DNA from: an uncultured Spirochaetota bacterium
GTDB lineage: Bacteria > Spirochaetota > Spirochaetia > SZUA-6 > Fen-1364
DNA length: 64,000 bases
Assembly: GCA_963781885.1 (NCBI GenBank)
Contig: CAWAHW010000002.1
Coordinates: 1,344,001-1,408,000, forward strand
Reading direction: 5' to 3'
The first letter of the stretch is position 1. Every line of letters begins with the position of its first letter. Position numbers and translations under genes: made by a program. Under the pieces are notes generated by a model. The model had not been told where the DNA came from, did not search any database, and saw only the letters and a list, made by a program, of their open reading frames with translations. Below, piece by piece: positions 54,275-64,000 of this stretch.

Positions 54275-55829
54275 TCAGCTCTTTGCGCTGTTCGATGCCT
54301 GCTGGAAAGTCAGCGTATCTCCGCTCGCGTCGACATAGCCGTCGACGGTGAGCTGAACGGGCGACAGCGTGAGCGTGCGCAGCGTGGCGCCGTTGCCCTT
54401 TTTCTGTTGGAAATCGAGCAGCCAGGAGCTTATCTGGCCGTTGGGCCGTGTCGGCGAAAAGAACCGGACGGTCATGATGGTCTTTCTTCCAAGCGTGAAG
54501 AGCACGTAGCTCCCGCTGCGATGGCCGTTCGCGTCGCTCCACGCGAGCTGGGGCGACTGGAAAACGATCGTGGCACCGGTGGCATCCGTGTACGTGCCGG
54601 AAAGGGCGAGCGCCGAAAGCCCGACATGCGCATCGGGTCGGTCGAGAAGCTTGGCCTGGATATCGGCATTCACCTTGGTGTATGTGACGGGATCGGCAAA
54701 ATTATACTCGTCACCGCTCACGATGCCGCTCATGGCGACGTCGATGGTGTCGATCGCTTCGATGGTGATCTTGAAGCGGCGCTCCAGCTTGAACTGAGGA
54801 ACGATTTCGCTCACACCGGTGGCCTGGATGGTCTTGTAGATCGTGCGGTGGGACTCCTGCCACGAATAAGCCTCTTGCGCGTTTCCCGAAAGGATGCTGA
54901 TCGTCCTCCCCGCGGGATCGAAATCGATGATCTGGCCGTAGGTGTCCTCGCCGCGGCCGCCGGCGGCGGGAATGACCTGCACCCAGGAGCCGGAGATGAA
55001 CTGCTCGAATGCCTGGTCATTGGAGCTCGTGAACAGCGCCTGGAGCTGCGCCGCCTGCACCGTGTCGGCAGGGATCTTTTCCGCGGCGCCGGGCACGTAG
55101 CGTCCTTCCGCCGCATTCCAGGTGTAGCGGATGCGCACGAGGTCCATCACGTTCTGCGAGTCGGGGTCCTTCAGGAGAACGGTGATGGGGAAGCTCGGTC
55201 CCGGGCCCTGGTTGCTTGCATAGCTGTCGGGCCGGTCCGTCTGGTCGATGGAGATTTCATCTGCCTCGATCTGGCAGATTGCCTTGTACGTCAGGCCCTT
55301 GCCCTGGCTGGCCGGAAGGGGGCGGAAGACGTCGAGGGTGAGCTTTCCCGCCTCGTTCATGCCGCTGGCGACGATCTGGGTCGTGTGGTCGCCGATGAGG
55401 TCTTCCAGGCCCAGGGAAAAGGTGCGGCCGTTTGTCGCCGTGAGGTTTGTGTCCCAGCTCTGAAAATAGTAGTTGCCGTGGCCGGAATCGGTGTCCGCAA
55501 TGAACAGGTGCACGAAAGAGCCGATATCGTCCATGCGCTTCGCGGCAATAACCTGGTCCTGGTCGCTGTTCGCGTCGAGATTCGCGTTCGCGACCTGAAG
55601 GATGGTGTAGGACGGGTCGATGGAGATCCGGGGACGGGACGCGGCCTGGTCCGCGCTCATCTCCGCGTTGCTGCCCCCGGGGGCATTCGCCGCGACGCCG
55701 CCCGGCGGCTGCGGCACGATGCGCACCGGCCCGGCGCTTTCCGGTGCGCTGGCAGGCGATGCACGCCGCGCAAAGGAAGACAATGCCGGCTGTCCGCAGG
55801 AGAGCCGCCAGGCGCCGTGACGCGCTCAC
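54275..55829 (-). CDS. pallilysin-related adhesin-like lipoprotein; +1 frameshift near 55739
   Basis: Lipoprotein-like signal MSASRRLAALLRTAGIVFLCAAC joined to NLDANSDQDQVI / DLIGDH..QIV.SG / LDVF motifs; position between the vWA gene and miaB. Confidence 0.6.
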
Positions 55830-56808
55830 GTGAAATATGCCTTCAGCCTGTCGAGCACGATTTTCTTTGTCGCCTCCAGGCCGTCCCGGCATTTGAAGCC
55901 CGCGGCCGTCTTGTGGCCGCCCCCGCCGAATATCTGGGCGATCTCGGCGACATCGATATTTCCCTTGGAGCGCAAGGAACAGCGGAGGAGACCCTCGAGG
56001 TTCTCCTTGAAGAATACGGACACGCGGATATCCTCGCTTTTGAGGGGGATATTGATCAACTGGTCGGCTTCCTCGTAATTGGCACCCGAATCAATGACCA
56101 TCGTCCTTGAGCATTGTCAAGATCGAGACGTGATTGTCGTAGACGAGCTCCAGCGTGGAGAGCACGCGCGACTGGAGCACGAGCGCGGAGATGGAGTTGC
56201 TTTCGTAGATCTTCGCATAGACGTAATTCGGCTCCACTCCCCGGGACACGAGGTCACGCGCGATCTCGAATGTGAGGGCGGTTGTTTTCGGATAGATGAA
56301 AGAACCGGTGTCATAGACGATGCCCGTGAAGAGCGCAAGTGCAATCTCGTAGTCTATCGCGACGCCCATGGCGACGAGGATGCGGTAGATGATTTCCGAC
56401 GTCGAGGAGGCGCTCTTCTGGATGAAATTCCCCGTTGAGATATCCTCTTCCTGCTCGTGGTGATCGATGATGAAATGATCGCGCGACGCGCGGGAGAACA
56501 AGCTTCGCGATCTGGCCGATGTTGTTCACGTCATTCGTGTCCAGCATCAGGAGCGACCACTGCGCGATGTCCGCGGGGAGCTGCTCCTCCCTTTCCAGCA
56601 CGCCGACGATCTTGTCGGAATCCAGGTAGGCGAATTTCCGCGGCGTCGGATCCGCGTTGAGGATGATGGCTTTCTTGCCCTGGCTTCGCAGCGCCCGCAG
56701 CATGGCGCATTCGCTTCCGATGGCGTCCCCATCAGGGGTCTCGTGCGCCGTGATGACGAAACGTTCCGTGCGGGTGAGGAAATCGATGGCGGTCTGGAAT
56801 TCGTTCAT
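55826..56808 (-). CDS. DHH/DHHA1 phosphoesterase (NrnA/DhhP-like); +1 frameshifts near 56484 and 56104
   Basis: HETPDGDAIGS, LDT, IDHH, SSTSEI, YDTGSF, SLRS, GGGGHKTAAG spread over three frames. Confidence 0.88.
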
Positions 56809-57987
56809 GCCGATTCCCCGGCTTCCGTTGCGACGGCCAGGCGCCGCAGGCGCGGGGTCGCCGAGGATGCTCGTGCCGCGGCGCAGCACCTTCAGCTTGC
56901 GCAAAGTGGACGGGGAGACGCCCTGCGCCACGTAGCTCGCTGCCTCCGCCTGGAAACCATTGGGAATGTCGACATTGGCGCCGATCACCGCGATGCCGTC
57001 CCGGATGTGCGTGGGGAAATCGGCGTTTTTCATGGACGATGTCTTTGCGCCGATTGCGCAATTGTCCCCGATATTCGGACCCGTGCGCGGCGCGTCCGAC
57101 GCATAGGGGAGAATGAGCGCGTTGTGGATCTCGGTGCCGCTGCCGATGCGATTGCCGTTCAGGACGACCGAATGGGAAACGAGCGCATGACGGCGGACCA
57201 CCACGTTGGGGAAAATGATGGAATCCTCCACCCGGCCTTCCACCTCGACGCCCGAGGCAAGCCATGAGTTCCTGATGCTCCCCTTTTCACCGATATGGGA
57301 TTCGGCACCCTTGTCGGCGAGCTCGGGCAAGCGGGCGACGGCCGTGTGGAACCGGGCGTCCTCGCAGTGCGAGACGACCCAGATATTGTTCGTGTAGTAA
57401 TCCATGAGATCGTTGTAGAAAAGGATTTCCCCCGGAAGGTCTTCGATCAGGTCGATGGCCCCGTGCAGCACCCCCTCGAACAGGCCGTCGCGAAGACCGC
57501 GGCGCCCCCCGTTGCGCTCCGCGGCCGCCGCCAGGAGACGCGTCATGCGGGGACGCGGGGCGCAGTACATGTCAATGGGCGTGCGACCCACCGATATCTT
57601 GACCAGCTGGTCGGTCGTTGCCGAGACGAGGCCGCGCAGCGCACCCGCCTCCATGAGGCAGACGCTGGAAAGCGCCGCCAGCACGATGTGGTCCGCTCCG
57701 GATGCCTCCACCATGGTCGCGAGCTCGGCGAGCCCTCCCTCCAGCACGTGCGCGCGTACGATCTGCTTTTTCCAGCGCGAGGTGAGCGCCAGGGCCGCGT
57801 CGCGGGTGCCCTCCTCCAGCACGATGCTGAACTGGAGCTCGGGGCCAAGGCCGAAATTCGCCAGGGCGAAATCGATCAGGCAATGGGAGCCCCAGAAGGG
57901 GAGGAGAGAAAAATGAAAAGTATCCCCAAAACCCGGCAGACCCTGCTGCGGCCCGATATCGAAGAAAAATACGGCGGTCGTGCCCAG
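56805..57987 (-). CDS. GlgC/GlgD-like nucleotidyltransferase-fold protein with left-handed beta-helix; CTG start; no stop before the DHH gene as assembled
   Basis: LLPFWGSHCLIDFALAN resembles the GlgC/D PFGGxYRxIDF.LSN motif; NSWLASG..VEG.VEDSIIF..V.V hexapeptide region. Confidence 0.7.
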
Positions 57988-57988
57988 T

Positions 57989-59377
57989 CTATTTCTTCCT
58001 TTCCTTCGACTGCACCTTCATCGTCAGGGCCTTCCCGTCTTCCGCGCGCAGGGCAAAGGATTTGCCGCGCGCATCAGGGGGAATATCCGTGAGCTTCGGG
58101 AAACGGTCCTTCTTCAGAACCCCTAGCAGGATCCTGCCGTCCTTCAGAGAGAATTTCGCGATGCTCCGGCCCGTCCTGTTGCCGACCAGCGTGAAGGCGC
58201 CCTTGCCCTCCGTGAGGAAAAGCTCGCGCCGGCCGCGCAGCGCCACAGGCGCATCGGTGAGGGGCTTGTCCTGGATGAGCACGCCGAACCGGACGGGCTT
58301 TCCCGCGGTGAGGCGCCAGATCAGATAGATCACAGCGGCAACGATGATGAGCAGGAGGACGATCGCGGCAATGAGGACGATCAGGTTGTTCTGTATCCAG
58401 CCGGCAACGGTGAAGGATACGGAAGGCTCGGCCGGAGAGAAGCTCTGGCCGGCGCCGAACGTGAAGAATATCGTTCCGCTCAGGCTCCCCGGCTGCGGTA
58501 CGGAAGGGAAGGCAAGCGGAATGGAGACGGCAGTCGACCCGATCTTCTTCACCGTGAAGGTGAAGGGGGCCTTGAGGATCTGGGGGGCGGGGGTCATGCC
58601 CGTCCGCGCCTCGATACCAACCACTGTCACCTTCGTATCGTCCTTCAACCCGCTCGATGTCAGGGTGAATGAAACGCTGCTGCTGCCGTCCGCCCTGATG
58701 GGGCTGACGCGGGCAGCGCCTTTCATCTCCACGGTGGCGAAGAGGCTGCCCGCCTGCTGGTCCATCGCGCCGACGTTCGTGATCTCGTTGTACGATCCCT
58801 GGAGCTCCTTTGCGAGATCTTTTGCCGCGGTGTCCGTTCCGATGCCGAGGATCATCACCTTCCATCCTTTTTGCTGGATGGTTTTCGTATTGGTGAGGAA
58901 CTCGTGGTTGAACTGCCCGTTCTTTGAGTAGTACTTGCTCGTGGCGGGCGCCTCCTGGATACCATCAGTCAGGAGGAGGACGTATTTCTCCCGCCCATCG
59001 GATTCCCGCGCCGCCACCTGGGCCTTCACCGCGTCGAGCGCGTTGCCGATGTCCGTGAAGGCGCCGTTCCCCTTGATGCCGGATATCAGCTTCTTCAGCG
59101 CCGTCTTGTCCGCATCGTCCTTGATCTGCTGCGAAACGATGACGTCAGCCTTTCCGTAGAACTCGACCACGATTAAATAGTCACCGGGGATGAGCAACTG
59201 GTCGACAATGGAGCTGTTGACCCACGATTCCACCGCGCCGATCTTGTTCTCCATCGACAGCGACTTGTCGAGGGCGATTACGACGTCGATGTTGCTTGTT
59301 CGGGTATCCGCCAGAAGAGGGGCCGCAAGGCCTGCGCAAAGCGCCGCGACGATCAAAAAGGCTTTCCGGACTCTCAT
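57989..59377 (-). CDS. membrane-anchored vWA-domain protein (Tp0750-like)
   Basis: Signal peptide, MIDAS DKSLS, FTDIG, LLTDG, late TM helix. Confidence 0.85.
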   Translation of the reverse strand: MRVRKAFLIVAALCAGLAAPLLADTRTSNIDVVIALDKSLSMENKIGAVESWVNSSIVDQLLIPGDYLIVVEFYGKADVIVSQQIKDDADKTALKKLISGIKGNGAFTDIGNALDAVKAQVAARESDGREKYVLLLTDGIQEAPATSKYYSKNGQFNHEFLTNTKTIQQKGWKVMILGIGTDTAAKDLAKELQGSYNEITNVGAMDQQAGSLFATVEMKGAARVSPIRADGSSSVSFTLTSSGLKDDTKVTVVGIEARTGMTPAPQILKAPFTFTVKKIGSTAVSIPLAFPSVPQPGSLSGTIFFTFGAGQSFSPAEPSVSFTVAGWIQNNLIVLIAAIVLLLIIVAAVIYLIWRLTAGKPVRFGVLIQDKPLTDAPVALRGRRELFLTEGKGAFTLVGNRTGRSIAKFSLKDGRILLGVLKKDRFPKLTDIPPDARGKSFALRAEDGKALTMKVQSKERKK

Positions 59378-59512
59378 GTGGCCACCTCTTTGAATAATTT
59401 ACTTGTAGGATGCACCAAATTTGGATAAAATGGAAGGGGAGAAAAAAGTGCTTGCCAGAGATAGCCTTTTGTGGTCTACTAGGTTCGAATAAACTGAGAA
59501 AAGGAGATAACT

Positions 59513-61546
59513 ATGGCTGCTATTGACCTTCCGAAAAGCCCGAATGTGTTCCATCCGGAAAAGCCGAGCGCCGTCGGTTCTCGAAACTCGCTGGCCCAGG
59601 AGTTCAGGGACCAGCAGGCCGAGGTCGACCTCCTCATGTCGGAAGAAGTCGACAAGGTCATGAACCATATCTCCTCCAAGCTCCCCAAGGAAGTGGCGGA
59701 CAAGCTCGACATCATGGGCGGCATCAAGGAGAAGCTGTACAACTACTTCAACCAGAACTACCAGAACATGTTCAACCGCTTCATCGTCACATCGGAAGAC
59801 GAGATGGTGAAGAAGGTCAGGAACTTCATCGACAAAGAGGAAATGAAGACCCTGGCCCGCTACACCCCCAAGGAGATCGCCGCGCTCCTGGACCAGGTCG
59901 GCGGCATCGACAAGTTCAACACGGGCGAAATCGAGAAATCGATCGTCAACATGTACGGCCATTTGCAGGGCCACATCCAGCGCGGGGTGAACGACCTTGA
60001 GAACGTCACCAACTCCCTCCTGCGCCAGAAGACGGACGTCGGCGCGTTCATCCGCGGTGAGAACGCCTATTCCATCGTGAAGTGCTCCTTCAAGGACAGC
60101 GCCTTCAAGCCGAAGACGGTCACCGACGTGAAGCTCTCCGTGAACATCCTCGACTCGGAGCTCATCAGCCCCATCTTCCACTACCAGGTGACGGTGGAGT
60201 TCCTGGTGAAGGACCTCATCTCCAAGAACATCCTCGACCTGATCGACAAGGAGATCGAGAAGCTGAAGGACCAGGTCGTTGATGAAGGGCGGGAAGAGCT
60301 CTCGGACGGCGAGATCCTCTTCGAGAAGATGAAGAGGGTGGAAAAGTTCACCTCGGATGAAAAGGACGACGCACGGTCCAAGAGGTACTCTTTCTTCGCC
60401 AAGGCTCTGATGGACAAGATCGAAGGCCTCCGCGCGGAGATCGATCCCGAGGAATATGATCCGGTGAACATCCGTGAGAACCTGAAGCGGATCATCGACA
60501 TCGAAAACATCAGGAACCGCGGCTTCAACACGGCCATCAACTCCATCACGTCCATCCTCGACACCTCGAAGATGGGCTACCAGCACGTGGAGAACCTCAA
60601 GAACGCCCGTGAGCTGATCCTCCGCGAGTATGAGGACACGGACGACGCGCACCTGCCCGACGAGCGCTACGCCATCCGGCTGAAATATTACGATCAGGCG
60701 CAGCTCCTGGAAGAGCGCAAGGCCTACGACGTGCAGGCAAAGAGCTTCGAGGTGGAAGTGCTGCACGTGTGGGACGTGCTGGACATGGTGTATGAGGATT
60801 CGAAGTTCCTGAAGGGCGTCGTGGATTTCGAAGACCTCGCGCGCAAGCTGAAGGGGAAGATCAAGAGGCGGATCAAGGCGCGCACCGGCGACCCGCTCTA
60901 TGAAGACATCGAAAAGAGCTGGACGGAAGTCACCTTCATCAAGCCGGGGGACACGGACGTCGAGCGCATGAACCGCACCTATATCTCGGAGAAGGACGAC
61001 CTGAAGCGCCGCATCATCCTGATGCGCGACAAGCTGCAGAAGCTGTATGGCTACCGCTACCCCATCCAGCGCCGCGTCATTGAAGACAGGGTCGCGTTCC
61101 TTGAAAAGCAGTTCCTCAGGTTCGAATACCTCATCAACCCGTACCACATCCAGCCGGGGCTCCTCCTGGACGTGAATATCACGTCCATCAAGAGGAAGAA
61201 GGCCACACTGGACGGAATGGCGAATGTTTTGAACGAATTCCTCTACGGCGTATCCAAGGGATTCCAGGACGCGGCATTCGCATCCTTCTCCCGCCGCCGC
61301 TCGACGGTTCGCGCGGACATCGCGCAGTCCTTTGCCGCCAGCGCGCCGGAAGCCCCGGCCGCCGAAGGCAAGAAGTCGGAGTACCTCGACATGCTCAACG
61401 TTCCGGCCGCTGATGCAAAAGTAGCAAAAGCTGCGGAGCAGGGCGTCGTCGACGTGGCACCGCGCCGCCGGCGCGGCCGCCCTGCCAAGCAGGCGCGGGG
61501 GAGGCCGCGGAAGGGCTCCGGAGACGTAGGGCTCCGAGAAATCTGA
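59513..61546 (+). CDS. cfpA: cytoplasmic filament protein CfpA
   Basis: N-terminus [25 protein letters not shown] recognised as treponemal CfpA; coiled-coil rich, 677 aa; strong SD AAGGAG. Confidence 0.93.
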   Translation: MAAIDLPKSPNVFHPEKPSAVGSRNSLAQEFRDQQAEVDLLMSEEVDKVMNHISSKLPKEVADKLDIMGGIKEKLYNYFNQNYQNMFNRFIVTSEDEMVKKVRNFIDKEEMKTLARYTPKEIAALLDQVGGIDKFNTGEIEKSIVNMYGHLQGHIQRGVNDLENVTNSLLRQKTDVGAFIRGENAYSIVKCSFKDSAFKPKTVTDVKLSVNILDSELISPIFHYQVTVEFLVKDLISKNILDLIDKEIEKLKDQVVDEGREELSDGEILFEKMKRVEKFTSDEKDDARSKRYSFFAKALMDKIEGLRAEIDPEEYDPVNIRENLKRIIDIENIRNRGFNTAINSITSILDTSKMGYQHVENLKNARELILREYEDTDDAHLPDERYAIRLKYYDQAQLLEERKAYDVQAKSFEVEVLHVWDVLDMVYEDSKFLKGVVDFEDLARKLKGKIKRRIKARTGDPLYEDIEKSWTEVTFIKPGDTDVERMNRTYISEKDDLKRRIILMRDKLQKLYGYRYPIQRRVIEDRVAFLEKQFLRFEYLINPYHIQPGLLLDVNITSIKRKKATLDGMANVLNEFLYGVSKGFQDAAFASFSRRRSTVRADIAQSFAASAPEAPAAEGKKSEYLDMLNVPAADAKVAKAAEQGVVDVAPRRRRGRPAKQARGRPRKGSGDVGLREI

Positions 61547-61561
61547 TTAGGCGGGTAATCG

Positions 61562-61594
61562 AATGGTGACCCTTCGGGGTCACCATTTTCATTT
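61562..61594 (+). terminator. intrinsic terminator after cfpA
   Basis: AATGGTGACCC-TTCG-GGGTCACCATT perfect stem with UUCG loop, followed by TTCATTT. Confidence 0.85.
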
Positions 61595-61659
61595 CTATCG
61601 CGCGCGTGCGCATTTTCCTTTCCAGCGCGGCGTACGCGATGAGGATAGAGGGGAAACAG

Positions 61660-62739
61660 ATGCCGGAACAAGTCCATGCTTTCGACGAGCTTGCCACACG
61701 GGACGGTTTCAACCGATCCCTCAGGCACTTCAAGTTCATTTCAACAGTCATCGGGGCTTTTGAATCGAGGCGCAACATCGCCGACACCTTGAGCGAATGC
61801 CTTGCCGACAAGAGCATCGAGCCACGGCAGGTGCTGCCGACGCTCAACGCGATCCTCGTCGACAAGTATCACTATCTCTGCCGGTCGCGAAACCTCACGG
61901 AAAGCTTCGAAGATTTCGACTCCCTCACGCAGACGGTGGGCACCTGGCGCGCGGTGGACCTCGTGGTGGCATACTTCCACCCCGAGCTCGGCGTCGTGGT
62001 CGTCAACCCGAAGAACCGCGAGCATTGGGAGGTCGTCCGCGCGCTGAAGAAGAACGAGCTTGTCGCCGTCTTCGCCGGCGCATTCGGCGAGACGGAGGAT
62101 CACGACAAGAAGTACGCCGACGCCATCACGCTCCTGATCGCCCTCATGGAGGGCGGGAAGGTGAAGACGCCGGCCGTCCTCACAAAAGGCAAGTTCGTGT
62201 TCAAGAAGGCAGCGCCCGTGGCGCCGCCGGCTCCTGCAAAGGCCCCGCGCAAGGCGACGCGGGGAAGACCCGCCAAGGCGTCGCGCATCGACCTGAGCGC
62301 CGCCGTCGCCGCGGCTCCTGCCGCGAGCCTTCCCGCGTACTCGTCGGCGCCGACGACGGCCCTCGCGCCCGCGCCGTCGGCCGCCCCCGCCGCGCCTTCC
62401 GGCGCGCCGAAAAAGATGACGCCGATGTATTCCATCCCCGTGACGAATGAGCTCTTCCACAACGGCAATGTGGAGGCGTGGAAGAAGATCATTCAGAGCT
62501 ACACCACGAAGTATCCGGGGCTGGACGTGTACGTCTTCTACGAGGGGGAACGCATCCACGACATCAACACCCTTTTCAAGTGGGGGAAGGTGAAGCACGG
62601 CAGCGCCATCATGATCGCGGTCGCCGGCGACGACATCCGGGACGTGGCGAAGCTCCAGCGCTACCTGAAGCAGGGCGCCAGCCACATGTTCGAGGCATTC
62701 CTCAAGGCGCAGGTCGGCGCGATCCTGAACCTGTTCTGA
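61660..62739 (+). CDS. conserved hypothetical protein with two predicted HPr-like domains and an Ala/Pro/Lys linker
   Basis: ORF clear, SD GAGGGG; HPr similarity by manual alignment only. Confidence 0.75.
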   Translation: MPEQVHAFDELATRDGFNRSLRHFKFISTVIGAFESRRNIADTLSECLADKSIEPRQVLPTLNAILVDKYHYLCRSRNLTESFEDFDSLTQTVGTWRAVDLVVAYFHPELGVVVVNPKNREHWEVVRALKKNELVAVFAGAFGETEDHDKKYADAITLLIALMEGGKVKTPAVLTKGKFVFKKAAPVAPPAPAKAPRKATRGRPAKASRIDLSAAVAAAPAASLPAYSSAPTTALAPAPSAAPAAPSGAPKKMTPMYSIPVTNELFHNGNVEAWKKIIQSYTTKYPGLDVYVFYEGERIHDINTLFKWGKVKHGSAIMIAVAGDDIRDVAKLQRYLKQGASHMFEAFLKAQVGAILNLF

Positions 62740-62759
62740 TCTGAAAGGGAAGGACACAG

Positions 62760-64000
62760 ATGAAGAAGAATATCCACTTCTTTGACCAGGGCGAAGCGAA
62801 CGTCAAACCGCAGGTTCTCGAGCGCATCGGCATCCGTGGCCGTCTTGCCATGGAGCTGGCGGATCTCGACCTGCCCATCCTGCCCGGTTTCATCATCGAC
62901 GCCGAGGTGGCGGCGCACCTGAAAGACTACGATATCTGGGCGGCGCTCTCGCCCTGGTTGGACCGGCTTGCAAAACTGACGGGAAAATCCTTCGGGGACG
63001 TGGAAAATCCGATGTTGGTGAAGATCGTCATCAGCCCCAACCTCGTCATTGCCTCCTACCCGACGCTGCACAACTTCGGGCTCACGGACACCACCGTGCC
63101 GGGATTCAACCACTATGTCGGGGAGAACTTCGGCTGGCACGAGATGCAGTTCCTCACGAGCGGAAGCCTGGAGATCGAGCTCGCCATCGCGGAGCTGGAG
63201 AACAGGGAGAAGGACGCCAAGGCGATCAAGCAGACCATCAAGGAGCTGGGCGCGGAGCTTTCCTCGGAGCGCGACTCGAAGAAGCGCAAGGAGAGCGTGG
63301 CGCGCTGCATGAAGATGCTGCCGGAGGGGTATTTCGCGGACCCCATGGACCAGCTTGTCATCGCCCTGAAGCGCATCAGCCACCTCCTGTCGATCACCGA
63401 TCAGAACCAGGAAGACACGGCGCTGATCATCCAGCCCATGGTGTACGGCAACTACGGCAAAGACTCCCTGAACGGGCAGTTCTATACCCGCAACATCGTC
63501 ACCGGGGACAAGGAGATCCAGGGCGAGTATTTCCAGAACAAGTTCAACGCCATCGGCACGGCGGGATCCGACATCTCCAACATCGCCAAGACCTATCACG
63601 CGGAGCTGGAGAAGATCGCCCGCGCCGTGGAGGACCATTTCCGGGAAATACGGTCCATCCGCTTTACCGTTGAAAACAAGAGGCTCTGGCTGATCGATCA
63701 GCGCTCCGTCATGACAAAGAGCACGCAGGCGGACATCCGCCTCCTGCTGGATCTGCATGCGCGCAAGATCGTTGATGACACCTACGTCGTGAGTCAGATC
63801 AAGCCGGGGCAGCTCAACGAGATCCTGCACCCCATCATCGATTTCACGTCGGTGAAGGGCCTGCCCTGCTTGACGGGCGGCATCACGGGTGCGCCGGGAG
63901 CCGCAATCGGCAGGATATTCTTCTCCACGGAAGGGCTCCTGGAGGCCCACAAGCTCGCCCAACAGAAGGGCCATGACACGAAGCTCATCCTCTGTCTCGT
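62760..64000 (+). CDS. pyruvate,phosphate dikinase homologue (PEP-utilising family) with divergent ATP-grasp site; 3' truncated by window
   Basis: Open frame to window end: LPILPGFII, GKSFGDVENPMLV, QPMVYGN, YTRN..TG, FTVENKRLW, LHP, GAPGAAIGRIFF. Confidence 0.85.
   Translation, partial: MKKNIHFFDQGEANVKPQVLERIGIRGRLAMELADLDLPILPGFIIDAEVAAHLKDYDIWAALSPWLDRLAKLTGKSFGDVENPMLVKIVISPNLVIASYPTLHNFGLTDTTVPGFNHYVGENFGWHEMQFLTSGSLEIELAIAELENREKDAKAIKQTIKELGAELSSERDSKKRKESVARCMKMLPEGYFADPMDQLVIALKRISHLLSITDQNQEDTALIIQPMVYGNYGKDSLNGQFYTRNIVTGDKEIQGEYFQNKFNAIGTAGSDISNIAKTYHAELEKIARAVEDHFREIRSIRFTVENKRLWLIDQRSVMTKSTQADIRLLLDLHARKIVDDTYVVSQIKPGQLNEILHPIIDFTSVKGLPCLTGGITGAPGAAIGRIFFSTEGLLEAHKLAQQKGHDTKLILCL

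Noticed and set aside
59452-59482. cfpA promoter TTGCCA-N17-TCTACT
   Set aside because: The -10 lacks the conserved A at position 2; plausible but too weak to list.

Overview
GC-rich chromosomal segment of a spirochaete (Treponematales/Spirochaetia-like), judged by cfpA, a vWA + pallilysin-related pair, a TP0733-like OMP and uvrA next to an LptD-like gene. It is mostly core genes: ECF T/S, yggS, rluD, murI, rsgA, mutS2, uvrA, phoH-HD-ybeY, pgk-tpiA-secG, a complete A/V-type ATPase operon, nusB, map and miaB. No tRNA, rRNA, CRISPR, transposase or phage genes were recognised. About nine single-base indels break otherwise intact genes and look like assembly error. Best candidate for an undescribed system: the cfpA locus at the right end. 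CfpA carries AT-hook-like RGRP motifs; the next gene encodes two HPr-like domains, one keeping the phosphoacceptor His; the third is a PPDK homologue with a degenerate ATP-grasp site. Together these suggest a PEP-driven, Enzyme-I-like phosphorelay tied to the cytoplasmic filament. Also notable: an intact and an apparently inactive HEPN protein about 1.3 kb apart, seven leaderless-type sigma70 promoters, a 23-bp tandem repeat running into the phoH -35 box, and a GlgD-like gene with a CTG start. All family calls are by-eye motif recognition; no searches were run.
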